Positions 14,249-31,966 of a stretch of DNA of 64,000 nt are shown here, in pieces; positions within the stretch are counted from its first letter, which is position 1; each line of letters starts with the position of its first letter. A program made the translations under genes and the position numbers. Source of the stretch: the human T2T-CHM13v2.0 reference genome, Homo sapiens; NCBI RefSeq assembly GCF_009914755.1, contig NC_060933.1; one strand, given 5' to 3'. Under the pieces are notes generated by a model. That model did no database searches. It had not been told where the DNA came from and saw nothing but the letters and a program-made list of their open reading frames with translations.

Positions 14249-16345
14249 GAAGGATATGTAAAGGAAGTTGGAAGTTGTGGTGGGCAAGGGTAGGGATTAA
14301 AATTTGGAGCCACTGAGGCAGAAAAAGAACCTGTGAACAGTTAACAGTCAAGAAGTTTTATTTTCTCAAAAGCATTTTAGTCACGATTAAAATGAAATCT
14401 GGGATGCTAGCTAAATTTTTCAAAGCATAACCTTTGGAAAAGATTATTTTAAGTATTTAGAAGAGAGTAAGCAAAAGGATCCTAGATGACAGGTGCCATG
14501 GTGTATGGATTCACAGAATATTGACTCACCCATGCATGTGGAGGCAAACAGGAATAACATTTTAAATACAAATTACTTCTTTACCAAAAAAAACCCCAAT
14601 CACTGCATCATTATACAATCCACAGAGGAATCTAAGTAAGAGAAAAATAATCACCATTCCTCCAAGATAACAATCAACCTACTTTCAGGATGGGAAAAAA
14701 AGTGTCGTATGGGACAGAATCTATTCAGAGTTACAGGGACTGACCAAAAATACACATAATTAAAAGTATGCCAAAAAAAAGGCCTTCATCCCTTTATGCT
14801 CAGTCATGTCAATTTATAATTTTAAAATTATAAAGCCTTACAGTATTGTCTAAGATATACTAGGGAAGCATTAAATAAGGAGAGAGGAACTGAAGATAAT
14901 GGAAACAAGAACAATTTATAAACCAGGGGCCACCAGAAGTTACCACTCCTGTAATTCACAAGTTATTTTACAAGTGGACAAATCAATTTATATGCTCCTG
15001 TGTGTTTTTAGAAAACATCCTAGATAGTCTTCCATTAATTATGTGGGTTCCAGGACATGTCAATTCTCGTTTCCCACAGCACCAGAAACCAAATTTAACC
15101 CACGTATTCTGTTACACTGGTCTGCATTTGTGTGGTTCCCACAGGGCTGGGTTGGCTCAATAATGCTGCACTCCTTCTGGAAGAACAGAAAAGACTTCCT
15201 GCCATTTGGACTGTGAAACACAGTAATCCACCAGGGAATAAAGGTCAATGTTGCACTTTTGGTCATTACTGAATCATTTGAGATGATCTGTGGTGAGGAT
15301 GAGAGGAAAATCGAAGGCTGTGAGAACGCTGCAAATGGCTTGACCTCAGACCAATTTTCATCTCCATCTGTCTAATAGACATGTGGATAAAAAGCCCTCC
15401 CTCCTTCTGGGCCACTCGGCTGTTTTCAAATCCGTGGCACAAGCCAGGAACCAGTTAAACAATATATTAATGAGGGGAAATAACCTTCTAAGCCACAGAC
15501 TAATGCTTATTCAGGTTTTAGATCATCAGCTGAAGTCTGGAACGCAATTTTCCAGTCTGCAAGCAGTACTGTAAAGTAGAAATTTTAACTAATACAGAGA
15601 ATCATCTGCAGTGTAGGGGCATGTGCCAAAATCTCCTCACTTGTACATGCAAATATATGCATGCTTACACCTCCACCCTCCCCCCCCACACCAAAAGACA
15701 TGCACACAAAGAGGAAGGGCAGTTCCAAAAACTGCGCATTGCTGCTAAATAAATCTTTTTTTCCCCAAGTGTCCAATTAAAGCTGCTTAATCATTATTTA
15801 GGCATTTCAATCCTTAGATACAAAATATTCTTGGGAACCCAGAGTCTAATCATCATTTAAGCCATAGAATAAATAAATGTTAATAACCCTGACTTTATAC
15901 CAACGGTCCCCCTTTGCTGGTTTGGCCGAGCGACTTTTTAAAGATAATGTTGTACCACATATAAGTTTAGGCCCCCACAGTATATCAATGTCAAACAACA
16001 TCGTGTCAAGCTAAGATTCAATTCAGGTAAGTGCCACTGCCAAATTTTCTTGTTCCCAGACGGGCTTTAAGATTATTTTATTGCTTAAAATTTAATTTGT
16101 TCCAACTCGTGTCTCCATGACAACGTTGGCCAACCCTGCAAATCATTTGGGTAATTGGATATCTTATCTTTCTATTGCTCTCAAATCGAATGATTCTGCT
16201 AGAATTGTAACAGCCAATCAAATTTACAGTCCTCCTGAGTAATAGACTTGGAAAAGTAGCCACATTCATCTCCTCTTTACAGCCATATTAACCAGTATGC
16301 GACAAACAGTAGAATCTGGTCTTCAAACTCTACTCCAAATTATAA

Positions 16346-16774
<429 letters not shown>

Positions 16775-16955
16775 TAATCAGAAAAAAAAAAAATTAAAAA
16801 AAAAAAAATCACAGCTTTTTTTGGGTATTTGATCTTGGATAAAATAATAACCCAAACAATGGCTGCATAAGATCAGTGATACACTGACATTGATCTGTCT
16901 GGGACCCTTTCGGTAGGTAAGCCATACTTAATAAATTAGTCAAGAAATAAGGATG

Positions 16956-17757
<802 letters not shown>

Positions 17758-18391
17758 TCAGTATTTGAAACCTCCTTATACTTCCTCCTTATACTTCCAT
17801 TTAATTCATAAATATCATAGCATCTAGGGTAGTCGATTATAAAATACAGATTTCTTATAAGATTCAAATGTCAGCAGTTCCCCTCCTAAGTTAGTGGTAT
17901 GATTTTGGCCTTTGGTCAGCTAAAAAGTACAGAAGTTGGATACATTTCAATGGTCCAATTCCAATCTCCTCAGTAGCTGTGCAGAGACATTGGCTCTGAG
18001 GGAGCTCATGGCCCAAGCACTGTAAATGAGCCAGCCCACTTACAAATGGAAAAAGTTCTGGGACCCAGGCCAACTGGCAGGCTAGGGGGTTGTCAAGAAC
18101 CTAGTGCTTCCCCTACAGATCCTCAGGGTGTCAGGGCCACTTCTCAAGCTAAGCAGAAAGAGCCATGAACGCGGAGCTTCTCAGCACACCCAGATCAGAA
18201 GGCGGCCAACTTTGGAGCTTGTTTGAGAGCAGGTACTGGCACAACTTGTCTGAACTGTGCCCTGCTTTATCTCAAATACTTACAAAGACACACAAGAAGT
18301 TTCTACTGCATTGTGCTTGGGATTAAGAGTAAACAGCCTAAACTTCCAGTTTGACCAATCCCAATGGCTCTGCCTTTCTCCCCTGCAATAA

Positions 18392-18739
<348 letters not shown>

Positions 18740-19035
18740 TGAAATTTTTTCTTTCTGTAACCAAGCAACAACTTGACCCTCTAATTCCATACCCTGCTTG
18801 TTTTCAAAATGACAAATTTTCCATGTTACATTCGAAAGAAAAACTCTGAAATATACCTCCTAGTCCTTATTCTGCCAAAACTTACTTTGATAGAATGAAC
18901 CAAATCCTTTGTTGTTCTTCCATCCCTTTAAATGAAAAAACTCAACACAACTTTATTCTTACTGATAGTTACATTACTTAAAGCTATTGCCTTCCAAGGA
19001 CACATTCTGCTGTTTGGCCAAAGTAAGACATTTTA

Positions 19036-19419
<384 letters not shown>

Positions 19420-20928
19420 TTATGATCTTAGAAGGAAAGAAATAAAACACGGTAATGGGAAAATCAGTTCAGAGGTAGGAAGGAAGCTGGGTTTGCAAAA
19501 ACAAAATGGAAGTATCAGTGAAGCATGGCCTAGAAGTCCAAGAGCAGGGGTAGAGTTTTAAAGGGACTGCTATTTAGATCACAGCTATCCCTCAGAGCGC
19601 CCCCATGCCAGGAAACTACGCAACTGCTCCTGCATTTGGTAACTCACTTAATCTTGGTAATTACCCTATGGGGTAGGTGCTACTGTCATCCCCTAATCCC
19701 ACTCACCTGTTTTCTCTTTTTCAAGGTGGAATAATTAGTATCCACACAAAGGGAGGCTGGGAAGGTTGATACGGGGAGGGGGCGGCTTCTGGCGGACCAA
19801 TTCCTAGGGCACATGGGAGCTCCACGGATGGGGGCTATGACAACTCTAATGTTGTCATTGGAAAAGCTTACTGTAATAATAAACCCAAAAAGCCGACTTC
19901 TGAAAGCCAAAGAGCTGAGAAAGACAACTATGTGAGAATGGAGTGTGTACCTGTATCTGCAGGCTGCATGGGGCCTGGATGCCCTTTCTCCATCTGGTGG
20001 TCCATCCTTTATTCTCTCCATACCAGACCAAGACGCAGATCAATGTTAAGACCCTCTTTCCTAAACCGAAAGCAACCTTTTTATTTTCACTCACTAATCC
20101 ATAGAGGCCTTTCAAATGGCACAAATAACGGTGGCTGCATTTTGTTCTCTAAATCAATTTTCTCCCCAGCCATCAACTAGATGTTCCCACACAGAGAAAG
20201 AACAGCCCTTCCCTTCTAATTCAAAAATCCATACTGCCATTGCCCTTGCAAACTGCTAAACAAGCAGTATCAGCAAGTCACTTGTGTTCTGTAATACATT
20301 TACTGCAAATCCCAATGGCTTGCCTTCTAATGCAGTTTTCTATTGTGTCTGTGCGTGTCAATACACTGGCTGGCCACTGTACTTATAAGAAGCTCTGACC
20401 AGCTGTTTGCTCAAGGCATCAAGAGGGCACCAAGAGGAAACAAAGACTATGCTCCTGAGGAGCAACCGGAAGGCCACAGCATTGAAGGGCCTGGTTCCAC
20501 ACACTGGGGTCCTCAATGAGGTTTTGTTTCTGGTCCTTACCCCCTTACCACCCAAGGTCCCTGAGGCCAACTGAAAATCTCCATCACGACAATTCCATAC
20601 ACACAAATTTCAAAATCAGAGTCCTTTTGCAAAATTATTTCTATTTTCTTACCTATCGTTGCTAACAATATTTCCCCCAGCAAATATACTGGTTACATCT
20701 TAAAGGTAAAGTATAAGTCAAGTTTCATTGAGGGGTCAGAACAAAGAGAGGAGGACTTTGTAAGGGGAGTCCAGCTTTTCTGCGTTAAATAAAATCTCAA
20801 GTGACAGTTGAGAAAGAAATCACCTAAAAACCGTGTAATGGTGGATCACCTAATACAACCACGCCAAAAGTACAAAGGGCAAGTCTAGGAGGAAAACCCT
20901 ATAAAAACAGGTGAAGACAGAATTCTTA

Positions 20929-21092
<164 letters not shown>

Positions 21093-21767
21093 GTACATGG
21101 AAATCCCTGCTTCATGTTATCAGTCTAAGCCAAGGTCGGTAGCTAAAGAAAGGCCTGATCCTCTATCAAGTCCTTCCAAATTCCCCATATTATTAATTTA
21201 TTTCTTGATTTTGGGGGAAGGAGGAGCCTATGGAAGATATATGACAGATAGATATTACAAAATGTTAATTTATAGACTCCAGGTATCATACAGGTGGGTA
21301 TAATATGGGTATTGCTGTGTATTTCTCTTTTATTCTGTAATTTGAAATTTTTCATAATAAAATGTTTGGGAGAATGGAAGACACTATGTAAAGACTAAGT
21401 AAATAATCAGTGGTTATACTCATTATTACTAAGAAATCTGGTGACAAGTCAAGTTTAATGCCTTGAGAGAAGCTTGTCATGCAATTCATCTACACTCTAT
21501 TGGCAGCTGCAGTTCCAGGGACAGTAATGCCTGCACATGCTCAATTCACACCAAACCTAGGCCCCAGCAACATGCTAGTTTTGTTTATCTCTCTTTTTTA
21601 GTCCAAACCCAAACATATTACTACAATAAAACTCCTCACTAAGAACTCTCAGTGGTTACTGACTACAGATCACTCTTCCAAAAGAAAAACTGAGCAAAAC
21701 TGGTTAGATAAGGTTATTAGAACTGAAAAGATTTCATTTTTAATTTTAGCATAAGGACTCACACTAG

Positions 21768-22067
<300 letters not shown>

Positions 22068-22329
22068 GACCCACACTAGTTTTCTTGATTCGAGTTTTTA
22101 ATCTGAATTCCATGGACTTGTTGAAGGATCTTGAGATGCACACAAACAGCCAAAATCGTTGGGCAAAGCTATCCTGGGTATTTGTGTGTAAAAACATGTA
22201 CAAACTTTTCTTGCAAAGTAGCTTTCACCTGATTTTCAAACGTTCAGGGTCCAAAATGGATACAACTACCACTACACATAAGGAGTACCCAAAACACAAT
22301 ATAATCAATGCCTACTCTGGATAACTCAT

Positions 22330-22740
22330 CGGGAAGGGTAGATGGAAGTCCCTAACTCAGCTTCAAGCAGACTGCAACCTAGTCGGAGCAAGGAAAGAAG
22401 CACATGAAAAACCATTATTACAGGACACTGAGCAAAACAAGTGCTGTGACAGCCTGCCACTGGGTAGTCCCAGGCCGCCTTGAAGTAAACAGGTGGTGGT
22501 GTTTGAACTGGGACTTGAAGGAGACTGAGGAAGGCCATCTGAAGGTTGATACAAAAGCCTGGACTTTTTATAAAGAAAACAGGAAAACTCAAAACATACT
22601 TTCAGCAAGAAGAGGCCTATTTGGCAGGATAAAAGGAAATGCAGGAAGAGAAAGAAGCAGTGGCCAAGACAGGAAGGGAAAGTACTCAGGGGTAGACACA
22701 GCAGGCTATGAGGGACAAAGAGGTCATCACAGGGGGAAGT
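22330..22740 (-). mobile_element. L2 fragment
   Basis: Purine-rich degenerate L2-like motifs (TTTGAACTGGGACTTGAAGG, CTGGACTTTTT). Confidence 0.45.
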
Positions 22741-23016
22741 CAAAATTTAAAAGAACACACATGCAGGATAGGATGGATGTAATCCCAAGACCCTGAAGAC
22801 AATTTACATCTGCTATCTTAAAGATGCTCCCTTTCCAGGGCTGGAGTTCCCACGGTGCGGCCAGGTTTGACATATGGGCTAGCAGTCTCTGAGCAGTGGG
22901 GACACTGGGCAAGTCAATGGAATGTGTGCTGACATTTCATTTTACCACTGTTTAAAATGTTCATTTATTTTAAATGTATACAACAGTGTAATACAACAAT
23001 GTATGTATGTAACTTA

Positions 23017-23663
<647 letters not shown>

Positions 23664-24279
23664 TCAGGTAAACGCACTCAAGCTTTTCACCAAGAGGTTG
23701 TACGTATACCTAGACTAGTATCATAGACTAGTAACCTACTTAGATCAGTCATGGTGCTAATACCAAACCCAGTCTCATGGTACATGTATTTCAGTAGTTT
23801 GACAAACTGCAAGATTTGGACGCGCAAGTTCAAACACACCTACATTCTCAAAGACTGATTCCACTTCATCTAATGGATAATGAATATCCATTAGTACACT
23901 GGGAATAGATTTCAGGGATGATCAGCAAGCTACATATACAACTCTATCCCTTCCAGCGTACAGTGGTGTATATCTAGCATACTTAATTTTTTCTCTATTT
24001 GGAAGATGAAAAAGTTAATTCAACGGATAGAATTTTCAGAATTTGTTTTTTCCTCCCAGCTTTTTCCTTCTACCCAAAGTGACTTGTATCCTACTCTTTT
24101 TCTGCTAACATATTTTGTGGTCAAAGAATGACTAAGCAGCAAATACTACTATAAGAAAAACTAAAATAAATAGCTGTTTTTTATACCTACTATGAGACCT
24201 TACAGGGGAGGGGATAAACAATTGTGCCCACCATTATGATTTTTATATTGCTTCAAAGAAGGTAAATAGAATACAATTT

Positions 24280-25229
<950 letters not shown>

Positions 25230-27337
25230 TTAAATGTTAAATAATGAAACATGTAATTTTGCTAAATCACAGGTTATTTGATAAAATCATATATCAACAC
25301 TTCCTGGATTTTCATTAAAAAATATTACGGTGACTGGGTAGTCTACAAACAATAATTTTAAAAATTTTTCTTCACTTTTTTTCTTTTTTTTTCCCCTGTG
25401 GACCCTGCTCAGGAAGAAACACAAGCAGCAAATCTGAAATCATTCCTTTGCAAACAATTTTAGAAACCATACTTTTGTTAAATCAGGTGAATGGCAATAC
25501 ATGAATATCTTAATTTATGTTAAAATTTCAGTGCAAATTTATTTCACTTTTCAGATCAAACCACACCTCACGGGGAAAACAAATCAGAAAACCTCTCTCC
25601 TCCTGCCCACACCTGCGCATCCTAGTTCCACTTAAAACATCACACCGTATTCACAGAACAATCCTCTGGTGAGGAGTATTTTGAAGGTACAGATGCCTAT
25701 TCTTGTCAAATAAGCCCACCGACAGAAACAGCTGTCTAAAATTTACTTAAAAACCACTATACTAAATACCCTGTAGTAAAGGTACTAGTTGTGAGAATTT
25801 CCATTTTTAAAAATCAGAGGCAACAATAAGCAATGGGGAGGGGAGAGGGTAGGAAACGAAATCAATCAAAGCTTTGAGGAAAGCCAGTAAGTTTCTCAGT
25901 TTCCTCCCCTTTAATCCACTTCTGGAGACCACAAAAGGTTTAATAATAAAACAGCAAAGACTCAGATCCATGGAAACTTAAAATGGTTCCATGAGCCAGT
26001 AACTGAATATATTTTTAGTTTAACTACCACTCAAGATGATTTATTTAAATATTTACTAAAGAAACAGATTTTCTTTCTGTTTCTTAATAAACACTATTTG
26101 GGAGAACATCTTAAGTCCTCTGGCGAAGGACGCTCCTCAATTTGCACGCACAAGGTGCTGGGTTCTGCGGGTGTATGCTGGGATGGCTCCCACCATGCGA
26201 GGGAACAAACAGACTTTTGTCTAGTCTAACCCTCATTATACAGAGAGGGGAACTGAAGCCAGGGAACGTGTTCATGACTTGCCCAGTCCCGAATGGAAAT
26301 CCCCAATTAAATGACTTCAATGAACTACAACGGAACCAAGTCAGAGCCTATAGTTCATGGCCACTCCCCACAGGACAGGTAACCAAAGGCAGAAAGAGGG
26401 GGAGGCAAGGGAGGTGCTGTGGCCCTGCAATGGCCTGACTCTACCTCCTGTCCTCACCCTATTCCCAACTCCCCCTGTTGGATCCTGCCCTAATACAAAA
26501 TTTGGACATGTTGTTCCTTGAAGATTTTGGGGGCATTCCGTTTGAATTTTCAAAATATTGATCATGATAACTATGTTTTGTGATTTTCTTAAAATCCATG
26601 CCCAGGGACTCCCTTGCCTTACTCCAGTGCAAGTCCAGGACAAAAACCAGCCACTGGCCCACTGCTGAAGGGTGGGGAAGGTGACTGAGAGGTGAGAGAT
26701 CAGTCCTGCTTGCTGATAAGAAACAAAGGCTAATCTTGCACCTCGGAATCTAGGCTCTAAATGCAGAGAGCTTTCTCTCTTTTAACTTATGCTTGCAAAG
26801 AACAGGCCTGGCTAATGAAGTTGAGGACCACTCCAATCTTGATGACAGCTACCCTCTTTGTATGACAAGATTATTAACACCTGCTGGAGCTTAACTCTAA
26901 GTGCCTATACTCTAGCTAGTCATTTCCCTGTGTGAGATGTTGACTTAGGGGGAAAAAAAATCTCAAAGTGAGAAACTGTAGACAAAAACACACAGGGTTA
27001 AAAAAAAAAAACAAAAAAAACACTAAGGTAAAATTTGCAAAAGAGTAAAAGAATCACATCTAAGGAAATATCCCACAGGTGAGTCCCTAACAGTCCCATC
27101 TAAATACTTTTTTAAAAACCCACTAAAGAACAACGCATTTTTCTAAGAGAAATTTTAAAGCACACATCAAAACTGTAAAAGCAGTTTCACTCCAAAATTT
27201 ACATGGCCTGAGATGTTGCTTGCTGAAATATCACATGGAGCTCTTTCCCTTTCCCAACCAGGATTGCAGAATATATCATCCTTCCTTTCAGATTTTCAGA
27301 GCTAGTCTTTTCATTTATTTTTAAATGCTTCACCATC

Positions 27338-27672
<335 letters not shown>

Positions 27673-27999
27673 TCACTCTGCCCATTCTTCAGCAGAACAC
27701 AGGCACAAAGTGACTGATCAAACTCCCTCCCCATCACTGGGTCTCCACCAGGATTCCTGACTTGTTTCTTCTTAAACATACTTTAACCTGAGGACAGTAC
27801 TGCTCAGTAGTTTTATCTACCCATGGCCTGTGACCCTCCTCTCCCCAGAAAGACCAGTCAGCGGCACTGCTGATTCTCCTAACTTTTAGAACATACATTC
27901 AGTCCTGACATGTCTTACAAATCATGAAGTTCATCAGCACAAAGAGTCAGAACTGAAGAGGCAGGCACTAGGGAGACATGGTCCACCTCATCTTCCTGA

Positions 28000-28337
<338 letters not shown>

Positions 28338-31300
28338 GCAGCAGCAGCAGCACAGACAACCCTGGAGGAGGCAACCCAACTCAAGCTTCAATAGATGCGT
28401 GGCCTTGAGCAAGTCCCAGACTCTGAACACGTGCACACAGCTGTAGGCAGAGCAAAACACCTACCCAATCTACTCTGGAGGATGCCTATGGAGGTCACAG
28501 AAGACAAATCACATTGAAAACTGTTCATTACTGTGCAAATTAAAGCCACCAATGACAATTTATAGCATGGCTTCATCAGCATGCTGAAAAGATAACATGA
28601 GTGGGCTAAAATAAGGTTTATGTGTGCATTTACAGTACATCTTGTTCCCAAAAATATCAAATGAGGTAATATCAAACCATATGACAGACAAAAACATTTA
28701 AAGATCACGCCACCACACACACTAGGCACAGCTAGGCAAACCACCAGGCTCACATCAACTTGCTGTTTTTTAATGCACCCTAACACTCTGATGGTATCAG
28801 AACTGCCTCAATTTTCCATGAGACATTGTCTACCTCTACTGTATAGAGATATCTAGAGTTTACCATCCACACAGATAAAGATGGGCAGACAGGGATCTAT
28901 AAAGGGCTCCAAGAAAAAAATATTCTTAGTGCTACCATGAAAGACTTAAGTATCTATTACCATTCCTGTTTCATTGCCTTTTCGGTAACCCGCCACAAAC
29001 GGGAGCAGAGAAAGTAAAGGCAAGGCTTATCAGGAAGTGTTGACACAACCTAAACACGGGCTGTGGGCACCACACCAGGAAAGGAAACCACAATTATACC
29101 ATTCTTGATTTGGATGCACTTTCACTTTAAAACTTCCAGACAGGAAAGTCAGCAGTGAGATTTGACACTGAAATCTCTAGAACTCACTCCGACAAACCCG
29201 TTGAAAGGTGGGAAGGGAGAGCGGTCGTCACACTGGAGACAAATCTTAACAGCATTAAAGCTCTCTGTACGGAAAGTTTCCCCATCACTGCATTTTTTTT
29301 TTTTTTTTAGTAACAAAGATGTTGTCAAAAATGACAATTTTTTGTGTCCCCTGATGATGCCTTGCTAGCATTTGGTTATAAGCCATAAAGCAGGAATAAT
29401 TTCAGCCTGTCAGGAGTCTCGCTAATGCCCAGTTTCCCCCTAGAGAGAATTCCTGTCAAATCTAATGAGAGCTCCAAAGGCCCTCTCTACAATATAATGA
29501 GCACTTAGGCCATGCTGGTGATCAGGCGGCAAAAAGCATCAATTTGAGCTTGGCTACACCCTGGGGGCCAGACGTCACCAGTTTTAATAAGAATTATGAT
29601 TACTAGCTGCACCAAATGCCTCCTCAGAACTTATTATTAATGTGTGACATTCAGAAGGATGTTTTTCAAATGTAAGTCCACTTTAAACTGAATTATAGCA
29701 CTACTTTGCACAGCACTCTAGTTAAGGGTCTGTCAGCATTTCCAATATCAACTAAATTTCAGGAGGCTCAGTACCCTACTATGAAGAACATGGTGTCTCT
29801 CAGCTTTTCACGTTTTTCAAATTGCTAAGCCAATTATACACAGCATATTATTAATGCATACAGGCTCACGGACAGACAGTATATAGCCACAAATGCCTCA
29901 CTCTGTATAGAAACTCATTAGAAAACTATTCTCACACCATGGTGCTTCTGACCCACTTCACCCCTTCTCCCTACATGATAAAGAAGAGGTCATCCCGCCA
30001 CATAACCTACAGGAACCCAGAAGAATTACACACCTCTTTTAGCTCCTCCAATAAACCCAGCACCAGCATATAGCATCACACTGAGGTGGTGTTCCCTTGT
30101 AAAAGAGTCAATGAGGTTATTAAATCCTTTGAGTTTATGGGTTTAAGAAAAAGCTCAGTCTCCTCTTACTCTTCCATAATATCTGTTATCCAAAAAAAAG
30201 TGCCCTTCAGAGTAAATTAAAAAAAAAAAAAAAGATTAAACCGCCTAGGCCAAGTTTATTTGCATAATTCACTTAAATGACGATAGATGTTAGCCACAGA
30301 TCTTCTAGCCCATTTACTATCAAGAAGTTACAAGTGCCTGAATAAGGCACTAGCCACTGAGAAACACACAAAAACAAAGGCACAAACCCAACATAAAGTA
30401 GGCTACCAACTTTGTAAATCATAGTAAAATCTGCATTTTTAAAGGCCCAATTACATTATTAATAAAAGGCCCTGAAAATCACAATCTCTTTCCAAACACA
30501 AATCTGAGAACAGATCTAATGTACACGATAACTTAACATTATGAAATCTATGATGAATTAAAAATCAAAGAGTGCGGAGTTACAAAAGCAAAATTCAACT
30601 CTGAAACACACTTGCTTAATGAAAGTCTTTGAATATAAGGAAGATCTGAAGGCTGAACTAATCAATTTCTCCACTGTGCCCCAGCCGGTCAGCCATGCTC
30701 TTTAATTTAATGAAACAAGGGTTTGAGATGAAATAGCACATATACATCAAGTAAGAATTGTATTGTTGCACTTTGAAATGTGTCCAACTGTGCAACTTCA
30801 TCTGATGATAATTTTTTAAGAGGCAATCGATTTCTAAAAGACTTATTGTACCAGCGTCTTGATGAAAAAGTGAATGTCAGCGTATCTCCAGAATACTTAC
30901 ACCCTGCCATTAATGCTTTCTTTGGCAGACAATGACTACTCAATCGAGGGTCCTTTGGGCTGAGCAATCATTTAGCTTTTCTTCTCTTATGAGGTCCTTA
31001 GTGCCTTGTTCCAGCTCAATACTCTTTTTATACACCATTATAGTAGCCATAAGTGTGAATTTTATGGGAACTTGCAAACTCATAGTCATTGCTAGAGCTT
31101 TCCAGTCACTAATCTTTTCATGCTTTAAAAACCACTAGGACTGAAGCAACTCCCAACATATGCTCTGGCCATAAAAAGATGCTTTTTTCACATCCACACC
31201 TGCAACAACTGAGAAATTTTTCAAAAATTTGTTTGCTAATAAGCCACTAATCCTGACTATTGCTTCATGCAGCCCCAAAGCATAAAGAATACTCCACAGA

Positions 31301-31745
31301 TAGTCATATACCTTGATTACCACGATTAAAAAAAACTCCTGAATACCCTTCTTTCCCCCCAACAGGTCCACACTTCCTTGCAAAACAGCACAAAAACATT
31401 AACTATTCTAAACTTCAGCAACTGTAGAAGATACCCAGCCCTTTCAAGAGGATAAATCTATACAGGTGAAAAAGTAAACTCAAGTCTTAATTCCTATCTG
31501 TCAATAAAGAGGTTAGTTTATATTTCCAAAACACCTCTCCCTCTCCTAGTCATTTAAACACTTGTAATTATCAAGAAGCAACCCTTGATGCAGAATACTA
31601 CCATCAATCCACAGGACAGGAAACCAAGGCAGAAAAATAGCATACAAACCCCCACCCCTAGAGCCCACTACTGAGAACAAAGCCAGTATTATTAAATCAT
31701 ATGAACTGATGTCTCATTTCAGCTTGAAGTTCAACTAAAGCTTAC

Positions 31746-31790
31746 CTGTTTGTGCATTTCAATGTTTAATCCATATGACATTTCATAATA
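31746..31790 (-). CDS. TLE1: TLE1 coding exon 4 (YYEMSYGLNIEMHKQ)
   Basis: ttttttctctttacag|TAT acceptor and CAG|gtaagc donor, 45 nt. Highly conserved Groucho/TLE Q-domain peptide. Confidence 0.97.
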
Positions 31791-31902
31791 CTGTAAAGAG
31801 AAAAAAGAATCAAGCATTTCATTAACTCATGTTTTTTACACTCTGCTACCACGTTTGCTAATATCATATGAAAAAGGAAAAAGTCCAATCTTTGATACCT
31901 AC

Positions 31903-31966
31903 CATCACATAGTGCCTCTGCATTTCTGTCTTTTCACTTGCCAGTTTCTCACATTCCAATTTAAGG
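31903..31966 (-). CDS. TLE1: TLE1 coding exon 3 ([22 protein letters not shown])
   Basis: ttttcctag|C acceptor and ATG|gtaggt donor, 64 nt. Completes the split Ser codon; the peptide is visible inside ORF 31864..32076. Confidence 0.97.

Noticed and set aside
17771-17798. 13-bp tandem duplication CCTCCTTATACTT (a similar one lies at ~23710)
   Set aside because: Two-copy slippage duplications with no spacer structure; not an array.
31731-31902. Short Q-only TLE1 products from intron 3 or intron 4 read-through
   Set aside because: In-frame stops follow quickly, as in most introns, and nothing in the sequence indicates regulated retention or a convincing nearby poly(A) site.
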